From IMG/VR virus record IMGVR_UViG_3300002140_000103: a stretch of DNA of 64,000 nucleotides, one strand, 5' to 3'. Within the stretch, counting starts at the first letter, position 1. The number at the start of each line of letters is the position of its first letter. The notes under the pieces are model-generated. The model searched no databases. It saw only the letters and a list, made by a program, of their open reading frames with translations, and had not been told where the DNA came from. The translations under genes were made by a program, and so were the position numbers. This DNA is from an uncultured virus (IMG/VR IMGVR_UViG_3300002140_000103). Taxonomy: Duplodnaviria > Heunggongvirae > Uroviricota > Caudoviricetes. Positions 40,761 through 49,700 of the stretch are shown piece by piece.

Positions 40761-43700
40761 ATGGCAACTAGAATTAAACACAAACGCAGCAGTGTGGCTG
40801 GTAAACAGCCAATAGTTTCACAATTAGAATCAGGTGAATTAGCAATCAACACAGCAGACGGTAAGGTATTCTTACTGCGTGATGATAACACAGTTCAAGA
40901 TATTACAAAACGAATTTTTGAAAATAATAGCGAAATTGTTGTAAACGATCCTGGCGATAGTGTTGGTGCAATCACTGTAACAGTTGATGGCGTAGACAAA
41001 ATTTTAGTTACTCCTTCTGGTATTAGTTTACAAGATGACACCACTGTAGAAGATGCAGGATACATTACTTTTAAGGAATTAACCGCTAGTGGTAATGACG
41101 GTATTGGTATTAAAGCACCAAATACACTTGATGCAGGGTACAACTTAACACTTCCTTCTTCTATTGGTGTTAAAGGTAACTTGCTTAAATTAGGTGCTAG
41201 CAATCAACTTGAATTTACAGACGCAGATGCGTTTGGCGGTAACGTTGTCTACGTGTCTGCAGAACAAGGTGACGATGCTAACGATGGTAGAAACGAACCA
41301 GTTAAAACAGTTAAACGTGCTTGTCAAGTTGCTTCTGGATTAGTTTATAATGCAGATGGGACTATAAACGGTACTAGAATCAACATTAAAGTTGCTGTTG
41401 GTGATTATACTGAACAGAATCCAATAGTTGTCCCGGATAACGTTGTTATCAAAGGTGATGGGTTACGTGGATGTATTATTCGTCCTGCAAATGAAGATCA
41501 AGATATGTTGCGTGTTCGTAACGCTTGTTACTTTGGTGAATTTACATTCCGTGATGGTGTTGATGCAAACTTTGTTCCAATAAGAACTTGGGGTTATGCT
41601 GTTGCATTTGATGATCCTACCGATGTTACTGTTAGCAGAGTTGGATATACTAACTTACCGACAACACGACCAAACATTACAACATCGCCGTATATTCAAA
41701 ACACAAGTATGATTTCGTTCCTAGGCGGTAGTGGTGCTAGAATTGACGGTAGTTTAGTTAACACTCCTAACACTCCAATTTATGCAATCGAAGCAGAAAA
41801 TCCAGTTATTGGCGCAACACCTGAACAAGGTAAGTCCATGGTTGCAAACGCATTTACTCACATTAGTTTTGGTGGCACGGGTTGGCGTTTAACAAACGAT
41901 GCCTATGCTCAGCTGGTTAGTTGTTTCCAAATTTTCCTACTCAACGGTGTTTATTGCCAAAGCGGCGGCTACTGCTCAATTACTAACAGTGCTACAAACT
42001 TTGGTTTATATGCATTGCGTAGTAGTGGTTATTCGGCTAAGACATTTGATTTTGACCGTTCATATGTAATAGCGTCAGGTCTTAGTAGTGGTGAACGTAC
42101 AATATCAGTTGTGGGTATTAATCGTGAAGAACCAGTTCAAGAATTTATTGTACGCTTTAGAGATCCTGATCTTAAAATTGCATACGATTTAATACAATCA
42201 GAAAAAGGCAATATTGCTCAAGACACTGTTAATTGGATTAATACTCAAGTATCTGGTGCTGCTTCAAGTATATGGACAAGTTTTTCATACAACGAAGAGA
42301 AATGCCGCAGAGATGTTGGATATTTATTAGATGCTATTAAATGGGATATTATGTTTGATAGTAACTATAGAACAGTTGCTAGTGCGATAAGATATTATGC
42401 TGCATCAGCAGCGGCTGTTGTAGGAGCACAAAAAGATCAAACTATAGCTGCTTTTGGCCAAGCTAAGACTTTGACTGTTAATGCGTTAAGCAATGCTACT
42501 ATGAAAACTAGAGCAGGCGCTCTTTGGGACGAAGTAATCGATGTTGTAACCAACGGTGAAGGCGCAGCAGATGCTTACAGCTATCCAAATCCGACAGACT
42601 ACAATACAAGTTATCTAATTGGATATGGCGATGCTAGAGCACAACTTATTGCTAACAAAACATTTATTCAAGACGAAGTTGATGCTTGGATTGCTGTACA
42701 AGTTGCAAGTGAAATTGCTCCGTTTACATCTTCGTTTACTTATAGTGCTGAAACATGTCGTAGAGACACTGGTCTTTTAATTGATGCACTTGTTTACGAT
42801 TTAACATACGGCGGCAATTTACAAACTTATGATGCTGCACTTGCTTATTTTATAGGTGCTATTGCACAATACGGCGCAGGTAAAAAAGCAGAAACTATTG
42901 CGTCATATTTAAGACTAAAAGAAGTAATTGAACAAGTTATTGCTGAAACTACAGTAACAGCATCTACTGGAAACAGTACAGCACAAGACACAGCAGGTAC
43001 AGCAGGTAGTGCCGGAAGTATTACTTTTGCAGGCGATAGAATACAAGAAATCGCTGATTTTATAACAAATGATGGCACCGGACTTACAAGAATTGAACCA
43101 GGCACTGCTTGGGTTAGCGCAACATTTGTAACTGATGCTACTGTAAATCTAAGTGCTACTAACATACTCAATATTTCACAAAATGTAACACAATGGATTA
43201 ATGAACAAATACAAAATAATTTATGGTATAACTTTACATATGATCAAGCAAAATGTTTAAGAGACACATTGTTAATACTTGATGCTGTAGCAAGAGATAC
43301 ATGGAGTACAGGTAATGCATTAACAAGACAATCAGCGTTAGCTTATTATAATGGAAGATTGGCTGACAGTGCTACTATAACTATCAGTGGTCAAGAATTA
43401 CAAACTATTGCAGCAATTGAACAAGCAAGTGTGTATACAGCAGCAGTAGTTGCTGCATTAAATAGTAGCACTAAAACAAAAGTTGACTCGTTATTTGATA
43501 TTGTAAAAGAAGCCATTGCTGACCCAGAGTCTATCCCAGACGCACTTGATGTAAGTGCAACTGGTGATATTACAAATGATTTTAAAACTGCACCTACTGA
43601 AACTGAATTTAATCCAAGCACAGATGTTAATCCAAGCACAGATACTTTTACAATTATAGGGCACGGATTTACTAATCTACAAGCTGTGGTATATGATTCA

Positions 43701-46700
43701 AATAGCAATCCAAAAATCGGCGGACTAGATACAGAACAAACGTACTATGTTGGAATTATTAACGAAGACGAATTTACACTATTCTTTGATGAAAGCGGCA
43801 ATATTCCAGTTAACATACTGTCAGTGCCTGCTAGTAGTACTCATAAGTTTTTAACAGACATAACAGAATTCTTTGTTAAAGAAATATTATCAAGTCACAC
43901 AGTCTATCAAAGACTTATACTAGCAAGTTCTGCTGCTAGTGCAGAATTTGTTCCTGGTAGAGCCATTTCAGCTGCTACGGGCGCAGTTAACAACAGTGCG
44001 ACTGTTTATAGTTGGAAACCAACAGATCTAGAACTAATTGTCAGTGTTGAGCTAGTTGCATCAGGTACTGGTACTGTAAGAAATCAATTTAGTGACGCAA
44101 GTGTGATTGCAGAAGACCATGCATCCAGTCCTAACACAGCCATTGACGTTAACGAAGTATCTCCTATAACATCTCTAGGTACTGCAACATTTACAATAAA
44201 AGGTACCATTGATGGAATTGACTTAACAAACTTATCAAACTTACCTGAAAGTCAGTGTTGGTTCCACAGACCAAGTATTGTTAACAGTTCTTCGCACACA
44301 TGGGAATATGCCGGTTCGGGCATTGACTATAACGCATTACCACAAAACGGCGGTAATACAGTTGCAGCATACGAGCAGTATTCAGAACTTCCAGGTCGTG
44401 TTTACTCATCGGGTACAAACGAACTTGGTGACTTTAAAGTTGGTAACTTTATTACAGCATTCAACAGAACTGGTAACATTACATTCCAAAACAAAGTTAC
44501 AGTTGATACCCTTGATGCACTGCGTTTAAGTTTATCTAGTGTTGCTATTGAAGAAATTTCAACAGATGTTAATTTAGGCGATAACGAACTTGGTGGACCA
44601 AGTGATTCAAGATTAAGTACACAACTTGCAATGAGAAGTTTCTTATCAAATAGACTTGGTGGCTTTATTGACAAATCTGTTAGTACTGCGGCAGTTCCTG
44701 GTGCAATTGTTCAACTTAATACCAACGGACAACTTAATCCAGATCTAATTCCTGCAACACGTCAGTTTACAAGTACTACAACAAATGGTTACCGATCAAA
44801 GCTAAGACAAGTTGATAATATTCCTGCGGTTGATTTAAAAGCTGGGGACATTGCAACAGAAGAATACGAACAAATCGAACTTACATTTGCTAGTGGAGTT
44901 ACTGCAGCAGACGGTGCGTTGATTACTCAAGCAACCACAGGCGCACAGGGTTATGCTAAAGGCACATATACTAGCAGTCTTAATCTGTTGGTTGCAAGTG
45001 TTGGCGCAGAGTTTAAAGCAGGTGACGATAGTACCGGTACTGATTTTGATACAGGTAGTATCATTAGTATTGATGGTGTTTCAACTAGTCAAGCACCAAC
45101 TGAATTAGGAAGCAGCTCCGGAATTGTAGATAACTATTTCTTAAAAAGTTCAATATCTAGCCAATATCTAGTATTGTCAAACGACGACGATTATACACTT
45201 ACTGCTGATGTAGTTGCAGATCAAGTAACTCGTACATCAAATGTTGCAACAATTAGAACTGAAACAGCACATGACTTACAAGTAGGAAATACTGTACAAG
45301 TTATTACTACAGTTGACACTACATTTAGTGTAAATGGAACAGTATTGAGTACACCTACTACTACAACATTTACTATTTCAAATGTAGGCAGTGATAAAGT
45401 TGCAACTTCAGATGTAGGTACAGTAAGAACTATTGTTACATCGGCTGATGGTAACGCACAAGGTGCTGTTACAGAAACAAGATATGGCGTATTAACAAAT
45501 GTTGACAACGCAACTATTACTGGAGGAAGTGGCTATACACCAGCATCCGGTACATTAACATATTCAGATGTAGCATTCTCAAACAACACAGGTGTAGGCG
45601 TAGGTGCAACTTGCGATGTAACAGTTAACAACGGAACTGTTACTGACGTAGATATTAAAACTGGCGGTACTGGTTATGCAATTGGTGATATTTTAAGCGT
45701 TGAATCAAACTATTTAGGCGAAGACAGTGCAGGAGCAGGATTTGAAATTGAAGTTACTGCTATTGAAAAAAGAGCATACGTAAACATACTTGGCGGCGAG
45801 TTATTTGTTGCTAGTACTAGTTCGGTTGACTTTGTTGAAGACAATACAGCCCCTGCAGGCGCAATTACTACAGTATTAACTGATGTTGTAAGTACTAACT
45901 TCTTAGCAGGTGATTCTGGTTCAGGTGGTGCAGTTGACTATTCACTTAGCCGTATTAGTATTACTACACACGGCTTGACCAACGGCGATCCGCTTACATA
46001 CGACACTTTAAGTAATGTTAGTATTGGCGGATTAATGAATGGTAGTGTATATTATGCAAAAGCCATAGATCCTGACGTAATAGAATTATATGCAGACTTT
46101 AGTCTATTAAATAAAATCTTGTTTACTAGTACACCATCAAACAACAACCATAATATTACACGTCATAATGTTAACATTACTGATAACAGTGTAATAGTTT
46201 TAAATCACGGTTACAATACAGGTGATGCTGTTTCGATCACTGGTAGTGATTTATTTCAAATAACTGCTACAACTGTACCAAGCCGCAGTCGTTTCTTTAT
46301 CGGTTCTAAAACAACAAACAGCTTTACGCTACATGAATTACGCAGTGATGCACTAGCATCTATTAATTCGTTAGTTGTAAGTGCAAAAGATATTACTGCA
46401 AAAGGAACTGGCAATGCAATCTATCAGCTACAAAGCGTACAAGTAAACAGTGTAGTAAACACTAGTAGTAGATTAAACAGTAACTGGAATAGTCTTGCAG
46501 CTACAAACATTGATGCAAGTAACATTATTTCTGGTACAGTTAGTCCGACTAGACTTGCTTCTTCCGGTGTTGCAAATACTGATTCATTCTTAAGAGGCGA
46601 CAGTAGTTACCAAACAGTAGTGCAAAGTCTTAAGAAATCAACTACAACAGATAACCCTATAACACTTACAGGATCAAACGTTGCTGGAGAATTTTACGGT

Positions 46701-49700
46701 GATCCAGTTAATATTGGTATTTCTAATGTTGATAATGACATTGGCGCAGCTTATTCAACATTGGGTGTTGCACGTTTCTTACAAGCACAATTTGATGTTG
46801 ACGTAACCGCTACCGGACAAGTGTTTATTAAAGATGGCGTAGTTGATGCAGGTACACTTGATGCACTAGATAGTGCATATTTCTTAAACCCGGCTAACTT
46901 AACAAGTGCTGTTCCGGTATCACGCGGCGGTACTGCTATTACAACTTATGCAATTGGTGATTTGATTTATGCTCAGTCAACTGGTGCATTAAATACTATC
47001 AATATTGGTAGAAATAATTCATTCCTTAAATCAAACGGAACTAATCCAGAATGGGGTACAGCACTTGACCTAGCACAAGGACTTGATGTTGGATCGGCTA
47101 GACTAACATCAACTAGTACAGGTACTGGTAAAGTTTACAATGAAAACGTTACTAGTCTTGAATTAGGAAGTGCTGCTAGTGCAGTAAAAATTGGTACAAG
47201 TAGTGCTACGAGAAATATAAAAAGTTTTGCACTAGGATTTGAAGCAACGTCAAGTACTGATGTTGCCGTTAACCTTGCATCAAATAATGTTAATACCAAC
47301 GGCGCTGTTGCTAATGGCGAAAACGAAGTACCGATGACTAGTACAAGCGGTATTCTTACAGGTATGTTGGTTACAGGAAGTGGAAATATTCCATCAAACA
47401 CAACTGTTAGTGGGGTTACAACTGAATACATCTACCTAAGTGTAGACACAGTTGGTTCAATCATAAGCGGAACAACACTTACATTTACTTACACACCAGA
47501 AACATTAGGAATTAGAGCAGGCGATACTGTTAATTTAGGATCAACTGGTATAACCAATCTTGATGGGAGTTGGCCAGTAAGTGGTGCAACATTTAATGCA
47601 ACCAGCTTTACAGTTAGAACAGATCTAGCAGTTACAGCAAATGCAGGCGATGCAATTGCAGGTGGCGCAACAATTACCAAAGACAATACAATTCTTCTTA
47701 GAAATAGAAGTGTTGTTTTTGGCAGTGCAGAAACAAGTGCAAGTCCAGTAGCAGCTACATTAAAAGGTGAAAGCGGTCTTGGTACTGACGTAGCTGGCGG
47801 CGCATTTGTTGTACAAGCAGGTCTCGGTACAGGTGATGCTACAGGCGGAAACATTGTATTAAAAACAGGTCAAGTAGGTACAACCAGCGCACTTGAGCAT
47901 GTATCAACTACACGTTTAACTATTGACACTGTCGGTAAAGCACAGTTTACTGGTGAAGTTGGCATTGCTACAACGTTAAGCACAACTCAAACAACTGTAA
48001 ACTTGTTAGACACTACAGCAACAACAATCAATATGGGTGGCGCAGCTACCGTTGTTGAGATTGGTGCTGCTACTGGTACAACTACTGTACATAACAATGT
48101 AGACATTGATTTAGATTTAAATGTTGACGGTGGTGATATTACAACTAATGCTACTACATTTAACTTGCTTAATACTAACGCAACAACACTAAACGTTGGT
48201 GGTGCTGCTACAACACTTAATATGGGTAACGCAAGCGGTACAGTTAATATTGCTGGTAACCTAACAGTTAACGGTACAACTACTACTGTTAACAGCACAA
48301 CATTAACAGTAGATGACAAAAATATTGAACTAGGAAGTGTAGCATCGCCAAACAATACAACAGCAGACGGCGGCGGCATTACACTTAAAGGTGCTACTGA
48401 CAAAACACTTAATTGGGTTAATTCGACTGCTGCGTGGACGTCAAGTGAAAACTTTAACTTAGCAAGCGGAAAAGTTTATCGTATTAACAATGCTAGCGTA
48501 CTAAACAGTACAACACTTGGTAGTGCAGTAGTTAATTCAAGTTTACAAACATTGGGTACTATTAACACTGGTGCATGGCAAGGTACAATCGTTGATCCAA
48601 CATACGGCGGCACTGGTATAAACAATGGTAGTAAAACTATTACACTTGGCGGCAACTTTACACACACTGGTGCTCATACACTTGGAGTAACAACCACAGG
48701 TGCAACTAGTATAACACTGCCAACAAGTGGTACGCTGGCTATTACTGGCAATCCATTAAGTCAATTTGCTGCAACTACAAGTGCGCAACTTGCTGGTATT
48801 ATCAGCAACGAAACTGGCACCGGTTCATTAGTATTTGGTACAAGCCCGTCGTTTACAACAGGTATTAATGCTGCAAGCACTACAATGGCATTGTTTAATA
48901 CAACTGCTACTACTGTTAACTTTGCTGGCGCTGCAACTAATATTCAAATTGGTGCTGCAACTGGTACTACAAATGTTAATAACAACTTAGATGTTGACCT
49001 TGATTTAAATGTTGATGGCGGCGATATTACAACTAATGCTACTACATTCAACTTAATTAATGCTACTGCTACAACTGTAAACTTTGCAAAAGCAGCAACA
49101 ACATTAGATATTGGTGCAGCAACAGGTACTACAAGTATTAACAACAATGTTGACATTGATTTAGATCTAAATGTTGATGGTGGTGATATCACAACTAATG
49201 CTGTAACATTTAATCTTATTAATACCAATACATCAACACTAAATATTGGTGGCGCTGCAACTTCAATCAACATTGGTGCTGCAACAAGTACTACTACAAT
49301 TACAGACGACTTACTAGTAAACGGTAATATTACAATTGGCGCTGGCGGCACATTCTCGCTTGATAGTATTAATAACACACCAATTGGCAACACAACCCCA
49401 AGCTCGGGTGCATTTACTACATTAGCATCAAGCGGATTAACAACATTTACTAATAATACTGCATCATCTGGTACAAGTGTTGGTGCTGTTGTTATAACAG
49501 GCGGCTTAGGAGTAGGCGGCGATGTACATGCATCTAGCTTTACTGGTAGTATTGCTGCAGCAAACATTAACAGTGGTACTTTAGCAGATGCTCGTATTGC
49601 AGTTTCAAATGTTACACAACACCAACTTAGTATTACAGGAACTGGAGCATTAAATGCAGGTAGTATTACAAGTGGGTTTGGTAGCATCAACATTGGTTCA

